Positions 1 to 9,722 of a stretch of DNA of 40,312 bases are shown here, piece after piece (the first letter of the stretch is position 1; every line of letters begins with the position of its first letter). The notes under the pieces are model-generated. The model saw only the letters and a program-made list of their open reading frames with translations, was not told where the DNA came from and did not search any database. The position numbers and the translations under genes were made by a program. Location of the stretch: positions 1-40,312 of the forward strand of contig JAUWZW010000002.1 of NCBI GenBank assembly GCA_030615165.1, in the 5' to 3' direction. The DNA is from Candidatus Aenigmatarchaeota archaeon. Lineage in GTDB: Archaea > Aenigmatarchaeota > Aenigmatarchaeia > QMZP01.

Positions 1-2
1 AA

Positions 3-500
3 TACGGAAGAAAATCCTTTTATATTTTCAGCAAAATAGCAAGAATGCTCAGGATGAGGGGCAGGATTTTTAAATTCTTTAAAAAACACATAAAAGAACT
101 CTATGCCTCAGTGGAAGAATTGAGACAGAAACTGGTTCCCACCTTTATAACATCGGTGGTGCTCTGGATTATTGTATTCATCTCGAACCTTATGTTTTTG
201 TTTGCGTTTAATATACATATAAACTTCGTACAAACAATCTTCCTCGTATCAATCATATCACTTCTTCCTTTGGTTCCCATCTACGCTTTTGGAGGCTTCG
301 GGACATTTGAAATAACCATGTCAGCAATCCTAATATTGTTTGGTGTGGCAAAGGAGACCGCCATTATCTCCAGCTTTGGGATTCATATAACCGGCCTGAT
401 TTTCGTTGGAGTATTGGGTGCTGTATGTGCTGTCCTAAACAGATCATCAGTCAACACAGAATCCAATGGAGCAATTAGAACTATACAGGAAGCAAGGTAA
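3..500 (+). CDS. Lysylphosphatidylglycerol synthase TM / flippase-like membrane protein (5' truncated by window)
   Basis: Frame is open from position 3. Hydrophobic helices with PIYAFGGFGTFE motif typical of the LPG_synthase_TM (UPF0104/AglD2-like) family. Confidence 0.75.
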   Translation, partial: YGRKSFYIFSKIARMLRMRGRIFKFFKKHIKELYASVEELRQKLVPTFITSVVLWIIVFISNLMFLFAFNIHINFVQTIFLVSIISLLPLVPIYAFGGFGTFEITMSAILILFGVAKETAIISSFGIHITGLIFVGVLGAVCAVLNRSSVNTESNGAIRTIQEAR

Positions 501-536
501 CCAATAAAAACATTGACCTAAAAAATAAAGATAACC

Positions 537-1979
537 ATGAAAGACAAAACCATACTTTGTGTTCTCATCCTGATTTACGTATCCTTGTTTATAACCTTTT
601 ATCCACCTTTCTATACAACTCGGGATGAGAGCAACTTCATAAGATTGGCTTTCTTTTTCAGGGAGGGTAAAATCTTTGTAACAGATTCCCAATACCAGTT
701 GAGTTTTGGTAGATTTGAAGGCGCTTATTACCCATACTTCATAGGCCAATCCATAATGTTGCTGCCTTTTACCTTTTTAGGATGGAACGCGGCCTTCCTT
801 TTGGGAATGGTTCTCCACATAATAGCTTCGATTATTTTTTACAGAATAGTAGTCGAGAAACAGAAAAAAAGCATATTCTATATCGCCCTTTTCCTGTTCT
901 TTCCATATTTTATTTATTACAGTACCACCCTTTTCTCAGATTTCTCTGCCGGTGTTTTGGCTCTATTGGCATTCTATTTTTATCTGAGTAAGGATAGAAA
1001 ACAGAACATCCTTTCAGGAGCCCTTTTCGGGTTTGTATGTGTAGTAAAATACACAAACATCCTTATTTTCATACCGTTTTTTGTTTACACCCTTCTCAAA
1101 AACAGGAAGAAATTGCTGTATCTCCTGGCAGGGTTACTTCCATTTGCAGCATTCATACTTGTTTATAACACCCTGATTTTCGGGGGACTCTTTGAAAGCC
1201 CACATGCTGGTATCGAGGTTTTAGGAACTGGTGAATCAAGTGTTACAGCCTTTTCCCCTGCCAACTACTTGGTATATCTCCCATTTATCATCTTCAGATT
1301 ACTCATTATTTATCCCCTGATGTTCTTTGCCCCATTTTTCTACAGGAAGGAGGGCAGATGGGAAATACTGGGCGCATATCTGCTGTTCCTCCTCTTTTTC
1401 GGTGCCAGATTCCAATCAGGCTATGGGTTTGGATTGGGCCCGGCCACCTTAACCAGGTATATTTTGCCTGTTATGCCACTCATTCTACTAACATACAGCG
1501 ATTTTGTAGGCAGGATTATTGAGAAAGCAAAACCGATTAAAAAAATATTTAAGCCAGCAGCTGTATTAGTTTCTATTGTTTTGATTGCTGGAAGCCTTGT
1601 GATATTGAGTGGTCAACATCAGTACCTTTCCCAACAATACGATGTGAGTGCTAAAATACATAGCAGCACCTTAAACAACTCCCTGATAATAGGAGAGAGG
1701 GATATCGCCAGATATTTAATGGAACCCTTTGGTATGAGGAGATATCTAGAAACCTACACATACATAGATTTCTCTGAATTTATTGATAATAATACATTTA
1801 TTGTGCACAAAAAATTCCCGGAGGGTGTTGCTACAGGATTTCTGCTGAATTTCTCTAAAACAACAGAAAATCTTATTGCCCAGATGAACGTGACACTGGT
1901 AGAAGAGGAGGATTACCAACCTATAGAAGGTCTAATAAAAAGCAGACCCTTCAAATTGCAAATTTTCAAAGTGGACTAA
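537..1979 (+). CDS. GT-C fold membrane glycosyltransferase (PMT/ArnT-like, family 39/83-like)
   Basis: N-terminal TM followed by RDE motif, about 11 TM helices, LFSD and KY motifs, RYILP near the C-terminal TM, soluble C-terminal domain. Confidence 0.7.
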   Translation: MKDKTILCVLILIYVSLFITFYPPFYTTRDESNFIRLAFFFREGKIFVTDSQYQLSFGRFEGAYYPYFIGQSIMLLPFTFLGWNAAFLLGMVLHIIASIIFYRIVVEKQKKSIFYIALFLFFPYFIYYSTTLFSDFSAGVLALLAFYFYLSKDRKQNILSGALFGFVCVVKYTNILIFIPFFVYTLLKNRKKLLYLLAGLLPFAAFILVYNTLIFGGLFESPHAGIEVLGTGESSVTAFSPANYLVYLPFIIFRLLIIYPLMFFAPFFYRKEGRWEILGAYLLFLLFFGARFQSGYGFGLGPATLTRYILPVMPLILLTYSDFVGRIIEKAKPIKKIFKPAAVLVSIVLIAGSLVILSGQHQYLSQQYDVSAKIHSSTLNNSLIIGERDIARYLMEPFGMRRYLETYTYIDFSEFIDNNTFIVHKKFPEGVATGFLLNFSKTTENLIAQMNVTLVEEEDYQPIEGLIKSRPFKLQIFKVD

Positions 1980-1993
1980 AATATCCCAAACCA

Positions 1994-2653
1994 TTAAGGC
2001 AGTTTTTTGGCAATGCAAATAATATTCCTTCCCAACCTTTCAGGAAGGGGATACCAAAGAAGCTGCAATAAATACCCTCTTAGTTTATTAAATACGGGTC
2101 TGGGATGCACACACCACATTTTGATGATTTCGAATTTGTATCTTTTAAGAAATGTATTTAAAGTTTCAGCACAGTACCAATGAGTGTGGTCATGTAGAGA
2201 AACTCCAGAAATTTTATTTAATAACATCCTCTGAAGAAAGAAGACATGCGACTGCGCATTTGGTGTCGTGATTATTAATAAACCACCATTCTTTAAGTGC
2301 TTTCTTATATTCTCGAAACAAACCCCTGGATTATTCAGATGCTCAAGCACTTCATTTACCAAAACAACATCAAATTTTTCTTTTAAATCAAACGGCTTCT
2401 CTACGTTTTGATACTTTACACCAAATCCGAGTTTTTTAAGTTTTTCAATACCTTTTTTATTCAAATCAAGACCAACTATTTTTTTTGCTATTTTACTCGC
2501 TTTTCCATGAATCCAATTAACTCCGCCGTATTCATCAGTTTCCCCCATCCCAACACAACCCAACTCTAAAACCTTTTTATTTTCAAGAACTCCCATTTCG
2601 ATTATGGGGTCTATACGGCTTAAAACGAATTTTAACATAATGATACTTATCAA
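1994..2653 (-). CDS. Class I SAM-dependent methyltransferase
   Basis: VLELGC motif I, GLDLN, FDVVLVNEVLEHL, LKNGGLLIITTPN. Confidence 0.85.
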   Translation of the reverse strand: MISIIMLKFVLSRIDPIIEMGVLENKKVLELGCVGMGETDEYGGVNWIHGKASKIAKKIVGLDLNKKGIEKLKKLGFGVKYQNVEKPFDLKEKFDVVLVNEVLEHLNNPGVCFENIRKHLKNGGLLIITTPNAQSHVFFLQRMLLNKISGVSLHDHTHWYCAETLNTFLKRYKFEIIKMWCVHPRPVFNKLRGYLLQLLWYPLPERLGRNIICIAKKLP

Positions 2654-2929
2654 TACTGTATTTAAATTTTACTTATGCGTCGATCATGTTCCAATCTTCA
2701 TCGGCTTCTTATCCCAAACCCTGAAATGCCTGTAATATAGTCACTTATTAGATTTTCATGAATAATTTTTAACTTAGACCTAAATATCTTATGTATACCT
2801 TTTCCAATTATTAGAGTATGATAATGAAAAAATTAAAGGAAACAGCAACAGATGCATTAAATAAAACATATAAGGTTCATAATAAATTGGCTGCTTCTTC
2901 TTGTTCTTCCCCCATTCATCTTCATAATT

Positions 2930-3135
2930 ATTTTCTTTTCCTTTTGCATATGCAGAGTTAAGAACAAAAAAATGGATTTTTTTATTTTATGTTTGGCAAT
3001 GAAAACTGGAATAGAGAATTTTATGATAAATTTAAAATCATTAATAAACACTTCCCCCATTTTTACGAAAGATTTTTTTGTTATATCTTGTTTTCCTCTG
3101 AAATTATTTTTAATTTACAAGTTATCAAGAAATAA
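2930..3135 (+). pseudogene. Possible frameshifted remnant of a small methyltransferase
   Basis: Pieces in different frames (FSFPFAYAELRTK; FFYFMFG...KHFPHFYERFFCYILFSSEIIFNLQVIKK*) resemble C-termini of small type-11 methyltransferases. No intact ORF. Confidence 0.3.
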
Positions 3136-3137
3136 TT

Positions 3138-4433
3138 TTATTCAATTTCTCTTAAGACATCATGTAATGCATCACAAACTTTTTGTTGTTTCTCATAACT
3201 TAATTCAGGATACATTGGCAAAGAAAAAACGTTTTTGCAAGATGCTTCTGTATGAGGCAAATCCCCTTCCTTGTATCCTAAATATTTGTAACCATCCATT
3301 ATATGAATAGGCCACTCATAACTAATATTTAATAAAATCCCCCTTTCCTTTAATTTAGCTATAATTTCATCTCTTTTTGGATGATGACAAACATAAACAT
3401 AATATACTTGAGTGTTATTTTCAGCTGTTTTTGGCAAAATAAGAGAGGTATCTGTCAGCAACTTTCCATACCTTCTTGCAATCTCTTGCCTTTTTCTTAT
3501 ATATTCGTCTAAATGAGCAAATTTTTTCAAGAGAATTGCAGCATGAAGCTCGTCAAGTCTTGAATTATAACCAGATTCTATGGAAAAATATTTTCTTCTC
3601 ATGCCATACATTCGCAATCCTTTTATTCTTTCATAAAGAGTTTCATTGTTTGTCACAACCATCCCACCATCCCCAAAAGTTCCTAAAACTTTTGAAGGAT
3701 AAAATGAAAATGTTGCAACATCAGACATAGAACCAGCTTTTCTGCCTTTGTAAGTAGCCCCGTGAGCCTGAGCACAATCCTCAACAATCTTTAGTCCAAA
3801 TTCATCAGCCATTTCTTTAACTTTATCCATATCAACACACTGCCCGTATAAATGAACAGGCAAAATACATTTTGTTTTTTCTGTAATAGCATCTTTTAAT
3901 TTGAAAATATTCATCAAGCAAGTTTCTGGATTAATATCAACAAATTTAGTAGTTGCCCCAGTAGCTGTAATTGCTGCAACAGTTGGAACAGCAGTATTTG
4001 CAACACAAATTACTTCATCCCCGGGCCCAATATCTAAGGCTTTTAAACTTAAGAAAAGAGCATCTGTACCATTTTTGACTCCAATACCATACTTACAACC
4101 ACAATAATTTGAAAACTTATCTTCAAATCTTTTTACGTGGTCACCAAGTATTAAAACCCCAGATTCCAAAACATTTTTAATTGCAGAATGAATTTCATCT
4201 TTTTCTTTTTCATACTCTTCTAAATAACTCCACACCTTTATATCCATTTTTTTTAATATATTAGAATCCCACCCCCGAGGATGATCTGTTTTTTCCCTTT
4301 CTGATTCTATTAATGCTTCATCTGAATTCTTTTGTTGAAGTTGTTCAACTTCCTCTTTGCTTTGCCCAGCCTCAACCAATCCTACTTTATTAACCATATT
4401 TTTCTCATCAATTTTTTCTTTAACTTCTTCCAT
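3138..4433 (-). CDS. DegT/DnrJ/EryC1/StrS PLP-dependent sugar aminotransferase, EvaB/DnrJ-like (probable 3-aminotransferase)
   Basis: EDCAQAHGA, FSFYPSKVLG with catalytic Lys, GYNSRLDE. Core starts KVWSYLEEY, like EvaB/DnrJ. Alternative start at 4247. Confidence 0.92.
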   Translation of the reverse strand: MEEVKEKIDEKNMVNKVGLVEAGQSKEEVEQLQQKNSDEALIESEREKTDHPRGWDSNILKKMDIKVWSYLEEYEKEKDEIHSAIKNVLESGVLILGDHVKRFEDKFSNYCGCKYGIGVKNGTDALFLSLKALDIGPGDEVICVANTAVPTVAAITATGATTKFVDINPETCLMNIFKLKDAITEKTKCILPVHLYGQCVDMDKVKEMADEFGLKIVEDCAQAHGATYKGRKAGSMSDVATFSFYPSKVLGTFGDGGMVVTNNETLYERIKGLRMYGMRRKYFSIESGYNSRLDELHAAILLKKFAHLDEYIRKRQEIARRYGKLLTDTSLILPKTAENNTQVYYVYVCHHPKRDEIIAKLKERGILLNISYEWPIHIMDGYKYLGYKEGDLPHTEASCKNVFSLPMYPELSYEKQQKVCDALHDVLREIE

Positions 4434-4434
4434 T

Positions 4435-5931
4435 TTAAATCAAACCCAGACAAGATATTAATCCTCTTGCATCAATATTTAAATAACTGTGTTTCAAAAG
4501 TTCCATTATTTGGCCAAGACTTACCCACATATAATTTTCAGGAATATCTAATGAAGCTGAAGAATCTAATTCTAATATCATATGTTTGTTCTGCGAATGG
4601 AAAAATCTTCCTCCTTCATCAGACTGAATAGTAGAATATCTTATCTGGATTGGAGAAGCATTGATAAATAATTCTAAAAAGGGAGGCCTGTCCTGTTGTT
4701 GCACTCTATACCGTGCATTATTACATGCCACTGTTGGATTAATTTCCACGATATTAAAACTTCCAGGCTCCAGCCTTGCCTGAATCAAAAAATGAATCAC
4801 CCTGTTAATCTTCTTAGTAAGAAAACCAACCAATCCATAAGAAGGTTGTTTAAGTAAAGGTTGTGTCCAGCTTGTAATTTCACGATTGCCTGCCTGAACA
4901 GCTACAGCAATCACTGAAAAAAATTGTTTAGTCTTGTGTTTTATCTCTCTCTCGGTGCGCATCCAATCAGAAACATCTTTTAATGGAATCTCCTCAATTT
5001 TCAATTCATATTTTGACTTCATTTCAGTTAACCAATTAAGTATTTCAGCTAATGGCTTATGCACGTTTTTTTTATCAATTAATGAAATAAGCAAGTCTCT
5101 TTTGAATCCTTCAGAAATATTCTTAAAAAGCTCACTTTGAAGAAAGTTCTCTAGTGACAGAGATTCATACTGTTTCTCTAATTCTTGGCTTATAAAAGGG
5201 ACACATGATAAAACAGATCTAGCATCCATATTCACAAAATTATCTATAAGTAAGAGTTTTTTAATCTGTCCTAGTGTTAGCCAGCAAAAATCATCATATA
5301 TAGAAACATCTTCTTCTACCTCTACAATCATATTCCTATTTCTTTTTTTCAAAAATATTCCTCCATATTCTGTCTGAAGCTGATCAACTAAAATTTTTGA
5401 CCTCATCTTATCAATAAAAAACTCCAAATAAAGAGGCCTTTTTCCTTTATGAACCTGAGTATAATTACTCTTTGTTGCCTGTACTGTAGGAGATAATTGA
5501 ATTATATTTGGATTGCCTGGTTCCATTTTTGCTTGCATAAGAAAATACCTAACTCCATCAAATTTTTTTGTTATGATCCCAAGAATTCCAATCTCTGGCT
5601 GATCAATAATTGGCTGATCCCATTTATCTATTGCCCCAAAATTTGTAGACACTCTTATTCCTTTAATCTTAAAGAATTTTCCAGATTCATGGATAAGATT
5701 TTGTGTTTCATTCTCAAAATACCACTTATCTAATTTATCAAAAGGAATTTGCTTTACTATAAATCGATTTGCTTTTTTTCTGGATTCAAACCACAACATA
5801 AATTTTTCTAATGTTTGAAACTGGTTTTTTTCTGTAAGTGCAGACCTAAGAAAACCGTTCTCTTTAGACTCTTCAGAATAATCCTTTAAAAATTCCTGCC
5901 TTCCTTTTATTTTCCCTTTTTGAAAGTTCAT
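4435..5931 (-). CDS. NDP-hexose 2,3-dehydratase (EvaA-like)
   Basis: Two repeated domains with WDQPIIDQPEIGILG, QAKMEPGN, QLSPTVQATKSNY, SDEGGRFF motifs. Confidence 0.95.
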   Translation of the reverse strand: MNFQKGKIKGRQEFLKDYSEESKENGFLRSALTEKNQFQTLEKFMLWFESRKKANRFIVKQIPFDKLDKWYFENETQNLIHESGKFFKIKGIRVSTNFGAIDKWDQPIIDQPEIGILGIITKKFDGVRYFLMQAKMEPGNPNIIQLSPTVQATKSNYTQVHKGKRPLYLEFFIDKMRSKILVDQLQTEYGGIFLKKRNRNMIVEVEEDVSIYDDFCWLTLGQIKKLLLIDNFVNMDARSVLSCVPFISQELEKQYESLSLENFLQSELFKNISEGFKRDLLISLIDKKNVHKPLAEILNWLTEMKSKYELKIEEIPLKDVSDWMRTEREIKHKTKQFFSVIAVAVQAGNREITSWTQPLLKQPSYGLVGFLTKKINRVIHFLIQARLEPGSFNIVEINPTVACNNARYRVQQQDRPPFLELFINASPIQIRYSTIQSDEGGRFFHSQNKHMILELDSSASLDIPENYMWVSLGQIMELLKHSYLNIDARGLISCLGLI

Positions 5932-5970
5932 CTATTTAAACTCCAAATATTTTATTAATAAATATTTATA

Positions 5971-7752
5971 TTGTTTAATAACAATAAACTATTTAAAAGA
6001 ATTTTAAGATCCTTTCTTATGAACAGTTTTAGAATAGAAAAAGAAAAAAAAAGGTGCAAAGTTTGTAGAGCTAATGCTCTAATAGAATTTATTTCTTTTG
6101 GCCAGATGCCTGTAACAGGTGCTTATTTGAAAAAAGAAGACTTAGACAAGCCAGAATACACTTATAACATGACTGTTGGATTTTGTGAAAATTGTAAGAT
6201 GGTGCAGCTTATTGAAGTAGTTCCTTATGAAAAATATATTATTTCAGATGGGAAAGGTAAAACTAATTATGCATTCTACTCATCGACCTCTGAATTTATG
6301 CAGCAGCATTTTGCTGAACTTGCAAAAGAAGTTGAAGAAAGATTTTTGGATTCTATTAATCCAAGAGTTGTAGAAATAGGAAGTAATGATGGGATTATGC
6401 TTAAAGTATTTAAAGAGAGAAGCAATGTAATAGGTATTGAACCCTCTACAAATGTTGCGGAGGTTGCACAAAAACAAGGAATAAAAACAATAACTGAATT
6501 TTTTACTGAAGCACTCGCAAGAAAGCTTGTTGATGAGAAAGAAAAGTTTAGGGTCGTTCTTTCTACAAATGTCACATTAAACATAATTGATATTAATGAT
6601 TTTATGAGGGGAGTGAAAACACTTCTCGACGATAAAGGAGTATTTATTACAGAAGACCCACATATATTAGGCATCTTAGAAAAAAACTCTTATGACCAGA
6701 TATATGAGGAACATATATGGTATTTCTCTCTTACTTCTTTATCAAATTTATACGAAATGCATAGCATGGAAATATTCGATGCAGAAAAACAATGGGTTCA
6801 TGGCGGCTCTATGAGAGTTTATGCTTGTAAAAAAGGGGCTTATGAAAAAACAGATAGATTAAAGAGGTACCTTAAGATTGAAGAAGAAATGAAAATAGGT
6901 TCTTTAGAGATTTATTCTCAGTTTGCTAACAATGTGGAAGAAAACAAACAAAAGCTCATATCTCTTTTGAAAGATTTGAAAGCTCAAGGAAAAAAGATTG
7001 TCGGCTATGCTGCTTCTTGCAAGAGTAGTACTGTTATGAATTATTGCGGCATTGGAACAAAAATCCTAGACTATATTTCTGATTCTACTCCATTCAAACA
7101 AGGATTATATACTCCTGGAAAACATATACCAATACTCTCACCAGATGTTTTTCACAATGATAAGGATATAGATTATGCATTTTTATTTATTTGGAATCAT
7201 GCTAAAGAAGTTATAGAAAAAGAACAGGAATTTTTAAGGAGAGGTGGAAAATTCATAACCCACTTACCTACAGCAAGAATCATAAGTCCAGAAGAATTTA
7301 TTTCTGATGAAGAAAAAAAAATTGAAATTAAAAATCTAAAAGTTTTCCATGAGGGAGCAGAAGGGCATTTATTTGAAACCTTAAGAAGCGACGATGGGAT
7401 ATTCGACGGAGTCTTTGGGCAAAATTTTGTTTCATTTGTAAATCCAGGAATAATAAAAGGTTTTCACAGACATAAAAGTCTCACCGAATATACCACCTGC
7501 ATAAAAGGAAATATTCTTTATGTTTTAGTAAAAGAAGTAATTGGGGGGCAGCCAATTATAAAAAAGATAAAAATGGGAGAAGATAATATGATTATGATTA
7601 AAACCCCTCCTGGATTTTGGCACGGATATGTTCCTTTAGGAAACCAGGAAGCAGTTGTTTTATACACAATGGACAAACCATATGATCCAAATAATATCGA
7701 CCAAGAAGACAAAGACCCACACGCATTTGGTGATATTTGGAAACTCGATTAA
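5971..7752 (+). CDS. NDP-sugar C3-methyltransferase (EvaC/TcaB9-like) fused to RmlC-like 3,5-/5-epimerase cupin
   Basis: Zn-binding CxxC...CxxC, EIGSNDG, YDQIYEEH, HGGSMR, DSTPFKQG motifs. C-terminal PGIIKGFH...PPGFWHGY cupin. ATG start probably 6019. Confidence 0.92.
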   Translation: MFNNNKLFKRILRSFLMNSFRIEKEKKRCKVCRANALIEFISFGQMPVTGAYLKKEDLDKPEYTYNMTVGFCENCKMVQLIEVVPYEKYIISDGKGKTNYAFYSSTSEFMQQHFAELAKEVEERFLDSINPRVVEIGSNDGIMLKVFKERSNVIGIEPSTNVAEVAQKQGIKTITEFFTEALARKLVDEKEKFRVVLSTNVTLNIIDINDFMRGVKTLLDDKGVFITEDPHILGILEKNSYDQIYEEHIWYFSLTSLSNLYEMHSMEIFDAEKQWVHGGSMRVYACKKGAYEKTDRLKRYLKIEEEMKIGSLEIYSQFANNVEENKQKLISLLKDLKAQGKKIVGYAASCKSSTVMNYCGIGTKILDYISDSTPFKQGLYTPGKHIPILSPDVFHNDKDIDYAFLFIWNHAKEVIEKEQEFLRRGGKFITHLPTARIISPEEFISDEEKKIEIKNLKVFHEGAEGHLFETLRSDDGIFDGVFGQNFVSFVNPGIIKGFHRHKSLTEYTTCIKGNILYVLVKEVIGGQPIIKKIKMGEDNMIMIKTPPGFWHGYVPLGNQEAVVLYTMDKPYDPNNIDQEDKDPHAFGDIWKLD

Positions 7753-7760
7753 TATTTCGA

Positions 7761-8331
7761 TTAAATAATCTTCTTATAAAACTCAACAGTTTTTTCAATC
7801 ATTTCTGGAGTTGGAATTTTCTCAATCTCAAATCCCAATCTATCTTTAACAACTCTCTGAAGCTTTTCCAACACTTCCTTAAAACTTCTGCCTTCACCAG
7901 AACCAATAACATAATACTCTCCTTTTTTTTCAGATAAAGCAGCATATACACATGTCTTGTTAATACACTCAATTGACAAAAGTAAAGGTATATTTAATTT
8001 TCTTTTAATTAAATGCCCTATTACCCTTGGCAAGACACCATTTTGGGCATGAATCAAATCAATTTTATTCTTTTTTACCAACCCAATTGCTTTTCTGTAA
8101 AATAGGAGATACTCAAATTTATGTAATCCATGATGTCCAAAAACAGGCGTCCTAAAAATTTTAATATTAAATTCCTTCTCTTCTTTAAACCTTTGGCGAG
8201 TGGGGGGTAAAGACAAAAATATTATGTCCCTGCTTATTCAATTCTTTTAATAAACCAGAACAATAAATTTCTCTACCACCACCCCCTTTCACATTCAGGG
8301 AAAAAGTATGTGTGATGTAAAAAATATTCAT
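7761..8331 (-). pseudogene. Frameshifted GT4 N-terminal fragment fused to an SDR epimerase C-terminal fragment
   Basis: ATG 8331 MNIFYITHTF..GGGREIY..L..QGHNIFVFTP, frameshift at the G6 run 8202-8207, continues DLIHAQN, then switches to epimerase tail GEYYVIGSGEGRSF...IEKTVEFY. Confidence 0.7.
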
Positions 8332-8373
8332 CTTTAATCACCACTTAATTATATTAAAAGTTTTTTATAATCA

Positions 8374-9381
8374 TTATGTGTACTCCTTTAATTTTTCTGC
8401 ATAGAAGCTAACAGTCCTTTCCAAACCCTCTTCAAAACTCACCTTGGGATACCATCCTATATCCTTATTAAATCTGGAAAAATCTACCACAACATCTCCT
8501 ATGTCCAGTTTCTTTTTATCCTCTGGGAACGGAACATGTTTTATGGTTGTTGAGCGGTTCATAATCCTTTTAACAGTTTCATTGACAGCAACAACCATAT
8601 CTTTAAATGAAATACCTCTGCCTGTACCTATTAAATAATATTTGCCTCTGGCCTTGCTGGATGACTGGAAGGCCAGGAGAAAAGCATCAACAACGTTTTG
8701 CACATAATTATAATCTCTGAGAAATTTCCCATCATCGTAAACTGTGATGGGCTCACCAAATATAGCCTTTTTTATCGTATTGTTAAGCACGCCTCTGTGG
8801 GGGTTAATTAATTCTTGTCTTTCTCCGAATATATTTGCGAGCCTTAAAGTAACTGTTTTTAAACCGTAAACGTTATGATAAATCTGCAAATATTTTTCAC
8901 ATGCCAGTTTGTTGGCATCATATATTGATAGAGGATTCGTGGCCAGATTCTCATTTACAGGTAATTTAGCTATTTTTCCTATCTCCGCAACTGTTCCAGA
9001 GAATATAATACAGGTGCTGTCATTATATTTCCTCGAGGCCTCAAGTATGTTCAATGTTCCATTGCAATTTATATCCAGGTCCAACTGCGGATTTTCCATA
9101 GAAACAAAATTACTGGTTTGAGCACCTAAATGAAAAATTACGTCTTTTTCTGGAACCACTTTTTCTATTTTTCCTTCCTCCCTGATATCACCCTTTACAA
9201 ATTTGACCTTGTTTCTAATCCCCTTAATATTTCTGGCTTTTTTTAAAGACCTGCCATATAAAGTTACATCTGCCCCTAATTTCACACATCTGTGGGCCAG
9301 ATTGCTGCCTATGAAACCCAGACCACCGGTGATTAAGACCTTCTTGTCTTCCAGGCCCTTTATTTTAAAACCCTTTTTCAT
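8374..9381 (-). CDS. NAD-dependent epimerase/dehydratase (extended SDR; candidate NDP-sugar 4-ketoreductase)
   Basis: ITGGLGFIG, YDANK catalytic motif, RDYNYV. Confidence 0.9.
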   Translation of the reverse strand: MKKGFKIKGLEDKKVLITGGLGFIGSNLAHRCVKLGADVTLYGRSLKKARNIKGIRNKVKFVKGDIREEGKIEKVVPEKDVIFHLGAQTSNFVSMENPQLDLDINCNGTLNILEASRKYNDSTCIIFSGTVAEIGKIAKLPVNENLATNPLSIYDANKLACEKYLQIYHNVYGLKTVTLRLANIFGERQELINPHRGVLNNTIKKAIFGEPITVYDDGKFLRDYNYVQNVVDAFLLAFQSSSKARGKYYLIGTGRGISFKDMVVAVNETVKRIMNRSTTIKHVPFPEDKKKLDIGDVVVDFSRFNKDIGWYPKVSFEEGLERTVSFYAEKLKEYT

Positions 9382-9433
9382 ATGATAGACTATACGATAT
9401 TGTTTTATAAATCTGCTGTTTAGTTATATATTA

Positions 9434-9721
9434 GTGCAAAATCACTTGAGGAAATTTATATGGACACTTCAAAAGATAGAAGAAATTTGGAGCCAAATAG
9501 GAAATGATTTAATAGAATATATTACAGACAATACACCAAAAAAACAGGGACTTTTTACATCAGGTATGCACATACCAGTAGTGCCTCCCAAAAAATTTAA
9601 ACAGGATAAACCAGACCATGTTTTGCTCCTAGCGTGGAATCACGAAGCTGAAATTTTGGAAAAGGAATACAGAGGAGGAGGCAAGTTTATAATACCTGTA
9701 TCAAATGTAAAAATAATTTAG
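9434..9721 (+). pseudogene. C-terminal remnant of a second sugar C-methyltransferase
   Basis: YITDNTPKKQGLFTSGMHIPV...PDHVLLLAWNH...GGKFIIP aligns with the C-MT C-terminus in 5971..7752. Most of the N-terminal part is missing. Confidence 0.75.
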
Positions 9722-9722
9722 C

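Noticed and set aside
2857-3310. ORFs 2857..3060 (-) and 2972..3310 (+)
   Set aside because: AT-rich with no motifs; the second overlaps the aminotransferase antisense. Better explained as decayed sequence.
4263-4286. GC-rich patch gaatcccacccccgagg resembling an IS200/IS605 end
   Set aside because: Short, no clear hairpin, no transposase or second copy.
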